From contig PKEB01000014.1 in assembly GCA_002863125.1 (NCBI GenBank), positions 78,386 through 142,385 of the forward strand: a DNA stretch of 64,000 bases. Reading direction: 5' to 3'. The notes beneath the pieces are model-generated. The model was not told where the DNA came from. It searched no databases and saw nothing but the letters and a program-made list of their open reading frames with translations. Positions 42,262 through 52,991 of this stretch are shown here, piece after piece. Source of the stretch: Flavobacteriales bacterium. GTDB taxonomy: Bacteria; Bacteroidota; Bacteroidia; Flavobacteriales_D; Sanyastnellaceae. The translations under genes and the position numbers were made by a program. Numbering within the stretch: the first letter of the stretch is position 1; each line of letters begins with the position of its first letter.

Positions 42262-45114
42262 ATGGGAAATGCACACGCACCTCACACCGACGCACCCGCT
42301 GACGAAGCTGAAATCCGCGTGGTGGGTGCGCGCGAGCACAACCTCAAAGACGTCTCGATCAACATTCCGCGCAACCAACTGGTCGTCATCACCGGTGTGA
42401 GCGGGAGCGGCAAGTCCAGCCTGGCCTTTGACACCCTGTATGCCGAGGGCCAACGCCGATACCTCGAGACCTTCTCAGCCTACGCCCGGCAGTTCCTCGG
42501 AGGATTGGAACGTCCCAAAGTCGACCAAATCACTGGACTGAGCCCGGTCATCAGCATCGAGCAAAAGACCATTTCCAAAAACCCGCGTTCCACTGTCGGC
42601 ACCATTACCGAAGTGCATGACTTCTTGCGGCTGATTTACGCCCGAGCCGCAGATGCCTTTAGTCTGCAAACTGGAGAGGCGATGATCCGGTTCACGGATG
42701 AGGAAATCCTGGACCGGATGCTTCAGGATTACCACGGCCAGCGTATCCTGTTGCTCGCCCCGCTCGTCAAAGGTCGGAAAGGCCACTACCGCGAGTTGTT
42801 CGAGTCGGTCATGAAGCAAGGCTATGTGCGTGCCCGAATTGACGGTGCCTTGGTCGAGCTCGAACCGGGCATGCGCCTCGACCGGTACAAGGTACACGAC
42901 ATCGAAGTGGTCATCGACCGCCTTGAAGTTCGCCTCGATGACGAAGAGCGTCTTTTACGCTCCATCAAGACCGCCTTGAATTTGGGCAAAGGCAACATGG
43001 GCGTCACCGTCCATGGCGAAAACGCCGTGCGCCACTTCAGTCGGCATCTGATGTGCCCCACCACCGGCGACGCTTACCCCGATCCCGAACCGAACCTGTT
43101 TTCGTTCAACTCTCCGTATGGGGCCTGTCCGCAATGCAATGGCCTCGGCGAGGTGGCTGAAGCGGAATTATCATTGATCATCCCCGACGACAGCAAAAGC
43201 ATCCAGAAGGGGGGCATCGCGCCACTGGGTGACATCAAGGGCAACCGGACCATGCAGGTCATACAGGCGCTCTTGGATGCTTCCGGAGACACACTCAAAA
43301 CCCCCATCAAGGACTTGGCCCCGGAGGTCGTGGGAGAAATCTTGTACGGATCCAAAGAGCACGTATGGGTACCTGGGCGGGCTGGAACTTCGGGCAGCCA
43401 CGTCAACTGGGAAGGCGTAATCGCCACCATTGAGTCGGCCGCCGAACGCAGCAACTCCATCCCCCTCCGCCGCTGGGCGCGCCGGTTCATGCAGAAGAAA
43501 ACCTGCCCCTCTTGCGAAGGCACGCGGCTCAAGCCCATCAGCCTGCAGTTCAAATTGGGCGGCAAAAACATCGCCGAATTGGGGCAAATGGATTTGGCCA
43601 CACTTGCCGAGTGGTTCCAATCCTTGGATGAGCGGCTCACCGACAAGCAGCGTGTCATTTTGAAAGAACCGCTCAAGGAGGTCAACGCACGACTGGGGTT
43701 TTTGGTGGACGTCGGTCTCGACTACCTGGCCCTTGACCGTTCTGCCCGCACCTTGTCCGGTGGCGAGGCCCAGCGCATTCGGCTCGCGACGCAAATCGGA
43801 AGCCGGTTGACCGAAGTGCTGTACATCCTGGATGAGCCAAGCATCGGTTTGCACCAGCGGGACAACGAGCGCCTCATCAAGAGCCTGCAGGCGTTGCGGG
43901 ATGCAGGCAACTCGGTCATTGTCATCGAGCACGATGAAGAGATGATGCTCAAGGCAGACCACCTCATCGACATCGGTCCCGGTGCAGGCGTTCACGGCGG
44001 CTATGTGGTGGCGCAAGGGCCGCCATCTGCCCACCTCGGAACGGAAAGCAGCACCGCCCAGTACCTCAACAAAACAAAGTCGATTGCCATTCCCAAGCGC
44101 AGGAAGACGGGGCGCAGCGCCAAGCTCAAGCTCACGGGGGCCAGCGGCCACAACTTGCAAAACGTCGATCTGGTCATCCCACTCGGTACGTTCACGTGTG
44201 TGAGCGGTATCAGCGGAAGTGGTAAGAGTTCGTTGATCAACCAGACCCTCTACCCAGCGCTGCACAACCACTATTTTGAAGAGACACAAGCCCCCTTGCC
44301 GTACAAGAAACTGACAGGCTTGCAGCACCTAGATAAGGTCATTGCCATCAACCAGAGCCCCATTGGACGAACGCCCCGCAGCAATCCAGCCACCTACACC
44401 GGAATCTTCAATGAAATCCGCGCTCTGTTTACCAAACTCCCTGAAGCAGCCATACGCGGCTACAAACCCGGCCGGTTCAGCTTCAACGTCGCAGGCGGAC
44501 GATGCGAAGAATGCAAAGGCGCTGGACTCAAGACCGTGGAGATGAACTTCCTGCCGGACGTCCATGTGGAGTGCAAGGCGTGCAAAGGCAAACGGTACAA
44601 CCGGGAAACCCTCGAAGTCCGCTACCGGGGCAAATCTATCTCAGATGTCTTAGGGATGACCGTCAACGAGGCGGTGGATTTTTTTGACTCCTTTCCCAAG
44701 ATCAAGCGCATCGCCAAAACCCTCCAAGACGTCGGCTTGGGATATATCACTTTGGGGCAGCAATCCACCACCCTGTCGGGCGGAGAAGCCCAGCGCGTCA
44801 AACTCGCCACCGAACTGGCCCGCGTTAGCACCGGCCGGACGTTCTATGTGCTGGATGAACCCACCACAGGACTGCATTTTGAAGACATTCAGATGCTGAT
44901 TGATGTGCTCCAGCGATTGGTGGATCAAGGCAACACCGTACTCGTCATCGAGCACAACTTGGACGTCCTCAAGGTCGCGGACCACCTCATCGACCTAGGT
45001 CCCGCAGGTGGTCAACGTGGCGGAAAAATTGTCGCCACCGGCACACCCGAAGAGGTCGCTGACAACGCCGACAGCACCACCGGACCGTTTTTACGTACTA
45101 TTGTGGGTACGTAA
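42262..45114 (+). CDS. uvrA: excinuclease ABC subunit A
   Basis: 950 aa. Two Walker A motifs ([18 protein letters not shown]), two LSGGE signature motifs, and Zn-finger cysteines. Confidence 0.97.
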   Translation: MGNAHAPHTDAPADEAEIRVVGAREHNLKDVSINIPRNQLVVITGVSGSGKSSLAFDTLYAEGQRRYLETFSAYARQFLGGLERPKVDQITGLSPVISIEQKTISKNPRSTVGTITEVHDFLRLIYARAADAFSLQTGEAMIRFTDEEILDRMLQDYHGQRILLLAPLVKGRKGHYRELFESVMKQGYVRARIDGALVELEPGMRLDRYKVHDIEVVIDRLEVRLDDEERLLRSIKTALNLGKGNMGVTVHGENAVRHFSRHLMCPTTGDAYPDPEPNLFSFNSPYGACPQCNGLGEVAEAELSLIIPDDSKSIQKGGIAPLGDIKGNRTMQVIQALLDASGDTLKTPIKDLAPEVVGEILYGSKEHVWVPGRAGTSGSHVNWEGVIATIESAAERSNSIPLRRWARRFMQKKTCPSCEGTRLKPISLQFKLGGKNIAELGQMDLATLAEWFQSLDERLTDKQRVILKEPLKEVNARLGFLVDVGLDYLALDRSARTLSGGEAQRIRLATQIGSRLTEVLYILDEPSIGLHQRDNERLIKSLQALRDAGNSVIVIEHDEEMMLKADHLIDIGPGAGVHGGYVVAQGPPSAHLGTESSTAQYLNKTKSIAIPKRRKTGRSAKLKLTGASGHNLQNVDLVIPLGTFTCVSGISGSGKSSLINQTLYPALHNHYFEETQAPLPYKKLTGLQHLDKVIAINQSPIGRTPRSNPATYTGIFNEIRALFTKLPEAAIRGYKPGRFSFNVAGGRCEECKGAGLKTVEMNFLPDVHVECKACKGKRYNRETLEVRYRGKSISDVLGMTVNEAVDFFDSFPKIKRIAKTLQDVGLGYITLGQQSTTLSGGEAQRVKLATELARVSTGRTFYVLDEPTTGLHFEDIQMLIDVLQRLVDQGNTVLVIEHNLDVLKVADHLIDLGPAGGQRGGKIVATGTPEEVADNADSTTGPFLRTIVGT

Positions 45115-45123
45115 AAGCAACAC

Positions 45124-45813
45124 ATGAAGAAAGGCCTGAAGCAACGCGATTGGAATGAAATCAAAACCAACGACAGTTGGTCCATCTTTAAAATCATGGG
45201 GGAATTCGTGCAGGGGTTTGAGACCCTGCAGCGCATTGGACCCTGTGTGAGCATTTACGGATCAGCCCGTATGGCGGAAGACTCGACGGTATACAACCAA
45301 TCCCGGGAAGTCGCGCGCCAACTGAGCGCCCGCGGGTACGGGGTTATTACCGGTGGTGGTCCCGGCGTGATGGAAGCTGGCAACCGCGGCGCGCACGACG
45401 TCGGAGGCACGTCCGTGGGACTGAACATAGAGTTGCCTTTCGAGCAACACAATAACCCCTACATCGATCCCGACAAGAGCATCGACTTCGATTACTTCTT
45501 CGTACGAAAGGTGATGTTTGTGAAGTATTCCCAAGGCTTCGTCGTGATGCCGGGTGGATTTGGAACCCTGGATGAACTGTTTGAAGCCTTGACCCTCGTG
45601 CAAACGGCAAAGGTCGATCCTGTTCCCATCATTTTGTATGATACGAAGTTCTGGGCTGGCCTTGTCGATTGGATGAAAACCACCCTCGCCGTCAACTATA
45701 AAACCATCAGCCCCGGTGATCCGGACTTGTTCCACCTCGTTGATTCACCGGAGGAAGTCGTCCGGGTAATCGATGAGTTCTACTCCAAGTCGCTGCTGCG
45801 TCCTAACTTCTAA
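45124..45813 (+). CDS. LOG-family (TIGR00730) Rossmann-fold nucleotide-binding protein
   Basis: GGGPGVMEAGNRGA and PGGFGTLDELFE motifs. Confidence 0.88.
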   Translation: MKKGLKQRDWNEIKTNDSWSIFKIMGEFVQGFETLQRIGPCVSIYGSARMAEDSTVYNQSREVARQLSARGYGVITGGGPGVMEAGNRGAHDVGGTSVGLNIELPFEQHNNPYIDPDKSIDFDYFFVRKVMFVKYSQGFVVMPGGFGTLDELFEALTLVQTAKVDPVPIILYDTKFWAGLVDWMKTTLAVNYKTISPGDPDLFHLVDSPEEVVRVIDEFYSKSLLRPNF

Positions 45814-45816
45814 GCC

Positions 45817-46806
45817 ATGAATAAGCCCTTACTCCTGATTGCTGCGCTGGCCTGCTTTGCAGCAGCCCACAGCCAATTCCCCTACAGTGCGACGGTACTC
45901 AACGAATACTACGCGCCTTTGGACAACCCCACTTCGCTGGGCATTGAAGTGGGTTGGGATGATCCCGAAGTCCAAATCCCGCTGGACTTTACCATTGACC
46001 TCGATGGAAACAACTCGGGCGGAATTTTGATGCTCGGCGGTACGGGCGAGATGCTCATGAATACAACGGAAACTGGGCTGTTGAACATTTTGTGGCCCAT
46101 CAGCCTAGACGTCATGGACATTGGAGCGGTGGAAGCGGAAGAGTTCAGCACCATCAGTTACCAAACCACCGGTGAATCGCCTAACCGAATCCTGAAAGTG
46201 GAATGGGACGAGTGTGGCCTTTACGACGAGATTTCTGGCATTGGAACTACCACTGCCCGCCTCAGCTTTCAAACGTGGATCTACGAGAGCGGCGGCATCA
46301 TTGAATACCGGTTCGGTTTGAATACGATTCCCTCGGATTCATTGAATCAAATCGATTTTCTGACATCCGGTATCATCATTGGGTTTGACTACGATAACTA
46401 CAACGGCACCTTCTACACCGCCAGCGGCGACGCAGATGCTCCGGATTGGATCTTGTCCGATGACTTTTACCAATGGTACTATTCAGGTGCCAATTTGTCG
46501 GGCGTACCAGCTGAGGGCACGGTATATCGATTCGGGCCTGCGGTCAATGTAGCCGAAGCCGAAACACCGGCGCAAGGCTTTTTTACCTACCCCAACCCCA
46601 CCGCCGGTGCTGCATGGATTCAAAACGGCCCCGAAGCAGCGGAGTTCCGTGTGTTTGATGCAAGCGGTCGGAGCATCCACACGTTTTTCTTAGGCGCCGG
46701 CAGCCAAGCCCAGTTGCCCTCAGAGGCATGGGCGGCTGGTACTTACACCGTTCGCAGCTTGACGCCTTCGGGCCAAGCGTCGACGGTTCGACTGCTGGTC
46801 GATTGA
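45817..46806 (+). CDS. secreted protein of unknown function with T9SS type A C-terminal sorting domain
   Basis: Signal peptide MNKPLLLIAALACFAAAHSQ. C-terminal YPNPTAGAAWIQ...FRVFDASGRSIH...GTYTVRS...VRLLVD looks like a Por secretion tail. Confidence 0.7.
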   Translation: MNKPLLLIAALACFAAAHSQFPYSATVLNEYYAPLDNPTSLGIEVGWDDPEVQIPLDFTIDLDGNNSGGILMLGGTGEMLMNTTETGLLNILWPISLDVMDIGAVEAEEFSTISYQTTGESPNRILKVEWDECGLYDEISGIGTTTARLSFQTWIYESGGIIEYRFGLNTIPSDSLNQIDFLTSGIIIGFDYDNYNGTFYTASGDADAPDWILSDDFYQWYYSGANLSGVPAEGTVYRFGPAVNVAEAETPAQGFFTYPNPTAGAAWIQNGPEAAEFRVFDASGRSIHTFFLGAGSQAQLPSEAWAAGTYTVRSLTPSGQASTVRLLVD

Positions 46807-46814
46807 TCGGAGCG

Positions 46815-49800
46815 TCACTGCTTTATGAACGGGAGGGCGTGGCGCAATCCGTCCTTTTCGAATTCCACAACGTACACACCGCTCGGCCATGCCGAGACGT
46901 CCACTGCCATGCGCTGGCCACCGGACCACGGCCACGCAGCAACCACGCGGCCTGACAAGTCCACTACGCGGCACTGTACACCTGCCGTCTCGATGAAACG
47001 AGAGGCGATGTTCAGCACGTCGTTCGCTGGATTTGGGTACACCTGCCAATCGGCTTCTGCCAAGGACTCATCAACGCGCATCACCGGCGCAAACCCGATG
47101 GTGAACACACCGTGTTCCGGCAAGTCTACCGCGGTTGACCAGTACTGGCCCTGGTTCTGCAACGGGTAGAAATCAGGCTGGTTGAAGATGCTGAATTCAT
47201 CTCCTTCCGCTACAATCAGCCCGATGCTTCCAGACATGAACAATTCAGCTACGCCCGCGTCTTGGATGCGGAAATTCACCGTACCAACGTCCCCTACCTC
47301 TTCACAGGCCCAAATGCGTTCCAGACGCTCGGATTGGAACGGGAATGCGGTCACCACCTCAGCTGCGCCGCCATCGTGACCCCAGAACAGGTATTCGCCA
47401 TCCTGTAAATCTGACGCGTCACTGATGCGCACGGCACCAATGCCTTGCGCATCGTGGTGCTGATCCCATTCGCTTTCGCGGCCAATGCCCGCCACGTCTT
47501 CGGGGTACTGGTCCCGGAAGTAGTGTTGAACGTTGCCGAGGTTGATTCCGTAACGCGCGGCGATGTAGTTCGACACGATGGTGCGGTGCGACTCGAACAA
47601 GCGCCGTCCGAAGATGAAATGCTCAGAGATGAATCCTTCACCAAAACGATCATCGAAGTCCCAGCCGTAGCGCACCTCGACGAAGTCGGTGGCGTCGCGC
47701 AGCCCGATGTTCGAACCTGGGAACGGCAATCGGGTATCGTTTACGATGGTGTAGAATTGCTGGTCCCAGTCGGATTGCCCGTAAATCACGCCATAAAATT
47801 GAGGCAACGATGCGTCGAGAATCCAAAGCGGTGTGGCTTCGGCGTAGTTGCCTTCACTGTCGATGACCACAGACTGATAGCTGCTCTGGTCTTTCCAAGG
47901 GTGCAAGATGAAGCCGTTGTCATGCCGAGCGCTGGCGATCCATCCGTGATCGTTCCAAGCCGTTTCGGCGCCGCGGGCCACACTAAACGCCGATACTTCC
48001 CGCTTCATTTCGACCGTGGGTGCTACCACACAGTCGTTCACACCGTCAAACTTCAACGCGGGGTGACCATTGAGTCCATCTCCCGTGGCCAACGGTGCGG
48101 CTTCTCCATCGTCCTGGTAGGCCGAACTGAAATTACCGGAAAGCACATCGCGCCATTCGTATACGGCCTCCCCGTACCCCACTTCTTCGCCGGATGCGCC
48201 ATAGGTTCCATGGTCCGCGCGCAGCCAGATCGACAAATCATCTTCGTTGCCCACCCCACCGGGTCCCCATGGACCGAAGTCAAGCGGCGCTGGATGGTAT
48301 ACCAACAGCAAGGTGTCGGACCCCAAGTTGGGCAATTCAAATCCACCGACTTCTACCGCAATGCCATCGGGAACAACCAACGCTACCGGACCGTATTCCT
48401 CAGGAATAACGGTTACTTCGTATCCGCTCGCGTTGGGAACGAGGTTTTCCACTGTGGCGTTGGTAACAGCAATGTCATCGGCGGTTAGATTAGCCATTTC
48501 CACCGCCTGCAGGTTGCGCCGAAAAGCCAACTGCACCTGTGCATCGCCATAGATGGACGTCTCTCCCGCGGCCGGTTCCAAGAAAGCAATCGCTGGGAAT
48601 CCGACCGGCTCGCCGTATGCATCCGTCTCCCACATCCCCCGGCCATACGTCCCTGCTCGCAGGCGCTGCGGATCGTTGGTGCCGGTGCCAGGATAGAGCT
48701 CCAACTCCGTCACGCGAACGGTGGCGGGCAATCCGTTTGAAAAATCCATCCAGGTGGAATCCGAATTACTCCAGTAGTAAACGCCCATGTCCGTCCCCGC
48801 GTACAGGCCACCTGTTCCGGTGGTGTCATACACCAAGGTATTGATGGGCAACGAAGGCAGATCGCCCTCCAATTCGGTCCAGTCTTCGCCCAAATCTGTG
48901 GATTTCCACACTTTGTAATTGAACGAGATGTAGACTGTGCTGTCCTCGCCGTGAACCGTTTCAATAGCCAGCACCGGCTGAGCGCTCAAAGGAAGGTTGT
49001 TCGAAAGGTCATGCCATGTGAGGCTGTCCACATCCGCCAAAGCGTTATCGCAACGGAAGAATTTGCGCGTGGCTTCGGTGGCGTACAATCGGTTTTGAGC
49101 ATTGCAATCGCGGTGCACGACGCGCATGGTGTTCGCGTCATTCCCCCCGAGTTCAGAACTGATTTTTTCCCAAACAATGCTGTCCTTAACGGGATGCTTC
49201 ACATTCATGGAACGCCACACGTTTAGGAGGCCCACATACATGGTTTCAGAATCCTCAGCGGAGACGGTAAACGGCGTCGACCACGCCCCTCCTTCGTTGA
49301 TGCCAAGCGTACCGTTGTCCACAATCGTCTGCGACTGGACGCCCGGTCCGGTTCGATAAATGCGCCCGTACTGGGAGCTGGAGAAGAACCACTCGGGGTC
49401 ATTCGGGTCGTAGATGCACTCAAATCCGTCTCCACCGCTGCCCCGCGACCACTGCACACCGTTGAAGAGATAGGTGCCGTTGTCTTGGTAGCCGTTCATG
49501 GCGTGGTTGCCGTCGAATGGGCTTTGGCCAATTTTGTAAATCTCGCCGGTCACAATCCCATGACTCATGTCCTGCCATTGGGTGTTGTCCTCGTACCGAT
49601 AAATGCCCCCGTCATTGGCCAGCCACACCTCATCCGTGTGGGGGTTGGCCACCAAGGCGTGTTGGTCCACGTGCAGGTAGCTGTTTTGCACGTCAATCCA
49701 CGTCGCACCGGCATCGTCAGAACGCTTCATTCGGATGCCGCCTGCGTACACCCGGTCGACCACCAACGGATCGGCTTCGAGCGCCAAGTCGTACCAAGCC

Positions 49801-50915
49801 TGACCGCCATCGGTATCACCTGACGCACTCCACCCCAGGATGTTGGGACTGTCGCTCATCTCCACAAAATTCAATCCCGAATCCTCGGATTTGTAGAACG
49901 CCCGGTATTCGTACGTGCCGGCTGAGAGGACGTATACGTTTTCGGGTGCGGCGGGCGTCACAGCGATGACCATGCGCGTGCTCGGCACAATCCCATCGTT
50001 GACGTACTCCCAGTCTTCACCTGCGTCTTCGGAGCGCCAGAAACGGCCTTGACCGGTGCAGTAGATGATATCGGGGTTGGTGGGGTGCACCGCGATGTCT
50101 TTGTAATTCTGGGTGTTGTTGGAGACCTGGTACCACGTCTCACCGCCATCCGTGGTTTTGAAAATGCCGTTGCTTGTTGAGGCCACCACTTGGTCCCCAT
50201 TCGCTGGGTGCACGGCAAGGTCTCCCACGACGTACCCGCTGATTCCACTGTTGGCAAATTCCCACGTCAGTCCGCCGTCGAGGGACTTCATCACGCCCAT
50301 ACCCGGGCTATCAGAAGCGTCTCGGTCACCGGTTCCGATGTAAACAATTGTCGGGTCGGTCGGGGCAAATGCAATGGCACTGACTCCGAGCGTGGGGAAA
50401 TCGTCGGTGTTGGTTTCCCAATTGGCACCACCGTCATAGGATCGCCACAGGCCGCCTGCTGGCGCACCTGCAAAGATGATGGCCGGATCAGTTGGGTGAA
50501 AGGCCAATGCGTTCATGCGTCCAACACCGCGGATGTTGTCCCGGGTGGTGATGTCGTCCAAGGTCGGACCACAGACCTGCCAATTCCCCTCCAGCGATCG
50601 GCCTTCCGCTCGCCATTGTTCAATTTGTCGGTGGGCATCCACTGTTTGCTCGCTTGTCAAGGCGTGTCCCTGGTTGTCCGTACGGCCATCCATTAAATGC
50701 AACCACCGTTCAACTTGCTTGTAGCCGGAACCTTTGACGCGTTCTCTGCCTTCCCAGTGCACTTCAAACAGGGCACGAATTTCATCCGGCGAAGCATCCT
50801 GCTGCTGCATCAAAACCGACCAATCCGGATCCTCTGTCGAACCGGACTGTGCAGAAGAAAGCAATGGAAGGCTGCAAAGCAGGGCAGCGACTGAACAACG
50901 TTGAAACAGCATCAT
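46815..50915 (-). CDS. 1366-aa secreted Asp-box (BNR) beta-propeller / LamG-like protein with T9SS type A sorting domain
   Basis: Signal peptide. At least six SxDxGxTW-type Asp-boxes (SYDGGANWE, SLDGGLTWE, TTDGGETWY, SEDAGEDWE, SDDAGATWI, STDLGEDWT). A LamG-like segment (LNGHPALKFDGVNDCVV). C-terminal VYPNPANDVLNI...GVYVVEF. Confidence 0.8.
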   Translation of the reverse strand: MMLFQRCSVAALLCSLPLLSSAQSGSTEDPDWSVLMQQQDASPDEIRALFEVHWEGRERVKGSGYKQVERWLHLMDGRTDNQGHALTSEQTVDAHRQIEQWRAEGRSLEGNWQVCGPTLDDITTRDNIRGVGRMNALAFHPTDPAIIFAGAPAGGLWRSYDGGANWETNTDDFPTLGVSAIAFAPTDPTIVYIGTGDRDASDSPGMGVMKSLDGGLTWEFANSGISGYVVGDLAVHPANGDQVVASTSNGIFKTTDGGETWYQVSNNTQNYKDIAVHPTNPDIIYCTGQGRFWRSEDAGEDWEYVNDGIVPSTRMVIAVTPAAPENVYVLSAGTYEYRAFYKSEDSGLNFVEMSDSPNILGWSASGDTDGGQAWYDLALEADPLVVDRVYAGGIRMKRSDDAGATWIDVQNSYLHVDQHALVANPHTDEVWLANDGGIYRYEDNTQWQDMSHGIVTGEIYKIGQSPFDGNHAMNGYQDNGTYLFNGVQWSRGSGGDGFECIYDPNDPEWFFSSSQYGRIYRTGPGVQSQTIVDNGTLGINEGGAWSTPFTVSAEDSETMYVGLLNVWRSMNVKHPVKDSIVWEKISSELGGNDANTMRVVHRDCNAQNRLYATEATRKFFRCDNALADVDSLTWHDLSNNLPLSAQPVLAIETVHGEDSTVYISFNYKVWKSTDLGEDWTELEGDLPSLPINTLVYDTTGTGGLYAGTDMGVYYWSNSDSTWMDFSNGLPATVRVTELELYPGTGTNDPQRLRAGTYGRGMWETDAYGEPVGFPAIAFLEPAAGETSIYGDAQVQLAFRRNLQAVEMANLTADDIAVTNATVENLVPNASGYEVTVIPEEYGPVALVVPDGIAVEVGGFELPNLGSDTLLLVYHPAPLDFGPWGPGGVGNEDDLSIWLRADHGTYGASGEEVGYGEAVYEWRDVLSGNFSSAYQDDGEAAPLATGDGLNGHPALKFDGVNDCVVAPTVEMKREVSAFSVARGAETAWNDHGWIASARHDNGFILHPWKDQSSYQSVVIDSEGNYAEATPLWILDASLPQFYGVIYGQSDWDQQFYTIVNDTRLPFPGSNIGLRDATDFVEVRYGWDFDDRFGEGFISEHFIFGRRLFESHRTIVSNYIAARYGINLGNVQHYFRDQYPEDVAGIGRESEWDQHHDAQGIGAVRISDASDLQDGEYLFWGHDGGAAEVVTAFPFQSERLERIWACEEVGDVGTVNFRIQDAGVAELFMSGSIGLIVAEGDEFSIFNQPDFYPLQNQGQYWSTAVDLPEHGVFTIGFAPVMRVDESLAEADWQVYPNPANDVLNIASRFIETAGVQCRVVDLSGRVVAAWPWSGGQRMAVDVSAWPSGVYVVEFEKDGLRHALPFIKQ

Positions 50916-51092
50916 GGTGGCAGATTTGGCAGAGATTCAAGGGGAAAGTTAGGGGTTCACGCCAAAAGGAAGTGACATTGCGGCGCAAAGGATTCCGCAA
51001 AAGACGGGTCAACGGGTCAGAATGGCAGAAAATCGAACGCAAATGGCGCTTGGCTTGAACCTTGCTCTTCTCAAGTTAACAAATCGAAAACC

Positions 51093-52991
51093 ATGGCAAC
51101 TGGAAACATCAATGTCCAAACGGAAAACATTTTTCCAATCATCAAGAAATTCCTGTACAGTGATCACGAGATCTTTCTTAGGGAATTGGTTTCAAACGCG
51201 GTCGATGCGACCCAGAAACGCAACACACTTGCCAAATTGGGCGAAGTGCCCGCCGTTGACGGAACGACTTCCATCGAGGTGATTCGCGACGAGGCAGCGA
51301 AGACGCTGACCATTCGAGACCGCGGCATCGGAATGACCGAGGAGGAAGTGAATAAGTATATCAACCAAATCGCTTTCTCTGGTGCCACTGAATTCCTTGA
51401 TAAGTACCAAGGCGAAGAAGCCAAAACGGCCATCATCGGTCACTTTGGCCTCGGATTCTATTCGGCCTTCATGGTCGCAAAACAGGTGGATATCGTCACC
51501 TGGAGCCAGCGCGAGGACGCCACCCCGGTCAAGTGGAGCTGTGACGGCTCACCGGAGTACTCCATCGAAGCAGCAGAGAAGACCGAACGCGGTACAGACA
51601 TCGTGCTGCACATTGCCGACGACAGCGCAGAATTTCTCGAGGATGCCCGCATCCAAGGCATTTTGACCAAGTACTGCAAGTTCATGCCGGTGGAGATCAT
51701 CCACGGAACCAAGTCCGAATGGAACGACGATCCTTCGGGTGAGAAAGACGAAAATGGCAACGTCAAGAAAATCGAATCCACCGTCCCGCGCGTCGTCAAT
51801 GCCACCAAGCCGTTGTGGAGCAAGGCACCAGCTGACCTGAAGGACGAAGACTACGCGGAATTCTACAAGGATTTGTACCCGATGAACTTCGAGGATCCGC
51901 TGTTCCACATTCACCTGAACGTGGACTTCCCATTCAACCTCACAGGCATTCTGTATTTCCCACAGTTGAAGAAGGAAATGGAATTGCGCCGGGACAAAAT
52001 CCACCTGTACTCCAACCAGGTGTTCATCACAGACAACGTGGAGAACATCGTTCCTGATTTCCTCACGCTCCTACACGGTGTGATTGATTCTCCGGACATT
52101 CCATTGAACGTCTCGCGCTCCTACCTCCAAGAAGACGCCAACGTCAAAAAAATCAGCGGTCACATCTCCAAGAAGGTGTCGGACAAGCTGAATGCCATGT
52201 TCAAAAAGGACCGTGAGTCGTTTGCAGCCCAGTGGGACGACCTGCGCATCTTCATCGAGTACGGCATGCTCACGGACGAGAAGTTCATGGATCGCGCCAA
52301 AAAATTCATGCTCTTCAAAGAAACCACCGGCGCGTGCATGACCTACGAAGAGTTGATTGAAGCAGTTGGCGAAACCCAAAAAGACAAAAACGGCAAGGTA
52401 ATCCTCCCATACACCGCCGATGCAACCAACCAACACGGCTTCATCACCCCGGCGTTGGAGCGCGGGTACAAGGTGCTGGTGATGGAAGGCCCACTGGCTT
52501 CCCACATGGTTCAAAAACTGGAGGAAGCATACCCGGACGTTCAATTCAAGCGCGTCGATTCGGACGTCATCGACAACCTCATCAAGACGGAAGAAGCCGC
52601 AACCAGCGCCCTCGACGAAAAGCAAGAAGAGGAAGTCAAGCCCGTCATTGAAAGCGCCTTCCCCGGCGAATCCTACAAGGTAAAATTCGTGGCGATGTCC
52701 CCCACTGCGGCCCCACTGACCATTACCCGTTCGGAGTTCATGCGCCGCATGAAGGAGCAGCAAGCCGTCGGCGGAGGCGGGTTCCAGATGTTTGGCAACC
52801 TGCCCGATAGCTACGACGTCGCTGTCAATGCCAACCACCCACTCGTGCAGAAAATCCTGTCGGAAAAGGACGAAGCCGCACGCACGGCGATGGCTAAAAA
52901 AGCGGGTGATCTCGCGCGCTTGTCGCAGGGATTGTTGGAAGGCGAAGAACTCACCTCCTTCATCGAGAAGGGATACGCCGAACTCGCGTGA
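51093..52991 (+). CDS. htpG: molecular chaperone HtpG (Hsp90)
   Basis: 632 aa. KKFLYSDHEIFLRELVSNAVDA, GIGMT and GHFGLGFYSAFMVA are GHKL/Hsp90 motifs. Confidence 0.96.
   Translation: MATGNINVQTENIFPIIKKFLYSDHEIFLRELVSNAVDATQKRNTLAKLGEVPAVDGTTSIEVIRDEAAKTLTIRDRGIGMTEEEVNKYINQIAFSGATEFLDKYQGEEAKTAIIGHFGLGFYSAFMVAKQVDIVTWSQREDATPVKWSCDGSPEYSIEAAEKTERGTDIVLHIADDSAEFLEDARIQGILTKYCKFMPVEIIHGTKSEWNDDPSGEKDENGNVKKIESTVPRVVNATKPLWSKAPADLKDEDYAEFYKDLYPMNFEDPLFHIHLNVDFPFNLTGILYFPQLKKEMELRRDKIHLYSNQVFITDNVENIVPDFLTLLHGVIDSPDIPLNVSRSYLQEDANVKKISGHISKKVSDKLNAMFKKDRESFAAQWDDLRIFIEYGMLTDEKFMDRAKKFMLFKETTGACMTYEELIEAVGETQKDKNGKVILPYTADATNQHGFITPALERGYKVLVMEGPLASHMVQKLEEAYPDVQFKRVDSDVIDNLIKTEEAATSALDEKQEEEVKPVIESAFPGESYKVKFVAMSPTAAPLTITRSEFMRRMKEQQAVGGGGFQMFGNLPDSYDVAVNANHPLVQKILSEKDEAARTAMAKKAGDLARLSQGLLEGEELTSFIEKGYAELA

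Noticed and set aside
43171-44328. 385-aa antisense ORF inside uvrA. Similar cases: 47445-48488 (+, 347 aa, inside the giant T9SS gene), 52071-53138 (-, 355 aa, inside htpG), 61915-62901 (-, 328 aa, inside the MBOAT gene), 28577-29527 (+, 316 aa, inside parC), 31415-32257 (-, 280 aa, inside pepD) and 11818-12732 (-, 304 aa, inside prfC).
   Set aside because: Each lies opposite a confidently identified conserved gene. None has a recognisable motif, signal peptide or plausible start context. They are best explained by codon-bias-driven depletion of stop codons on the antisense strand.
51044-51058. Sigma-54-like -24/-12 element TGGCGC-N5-TTGA upstream of htpG
   Set aside because: The highly conserved GC of the -12 element is missing (TTGA instead of TTGC), and no enhancer-binding-protein gene is nearby. 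It is most likely a chance match.
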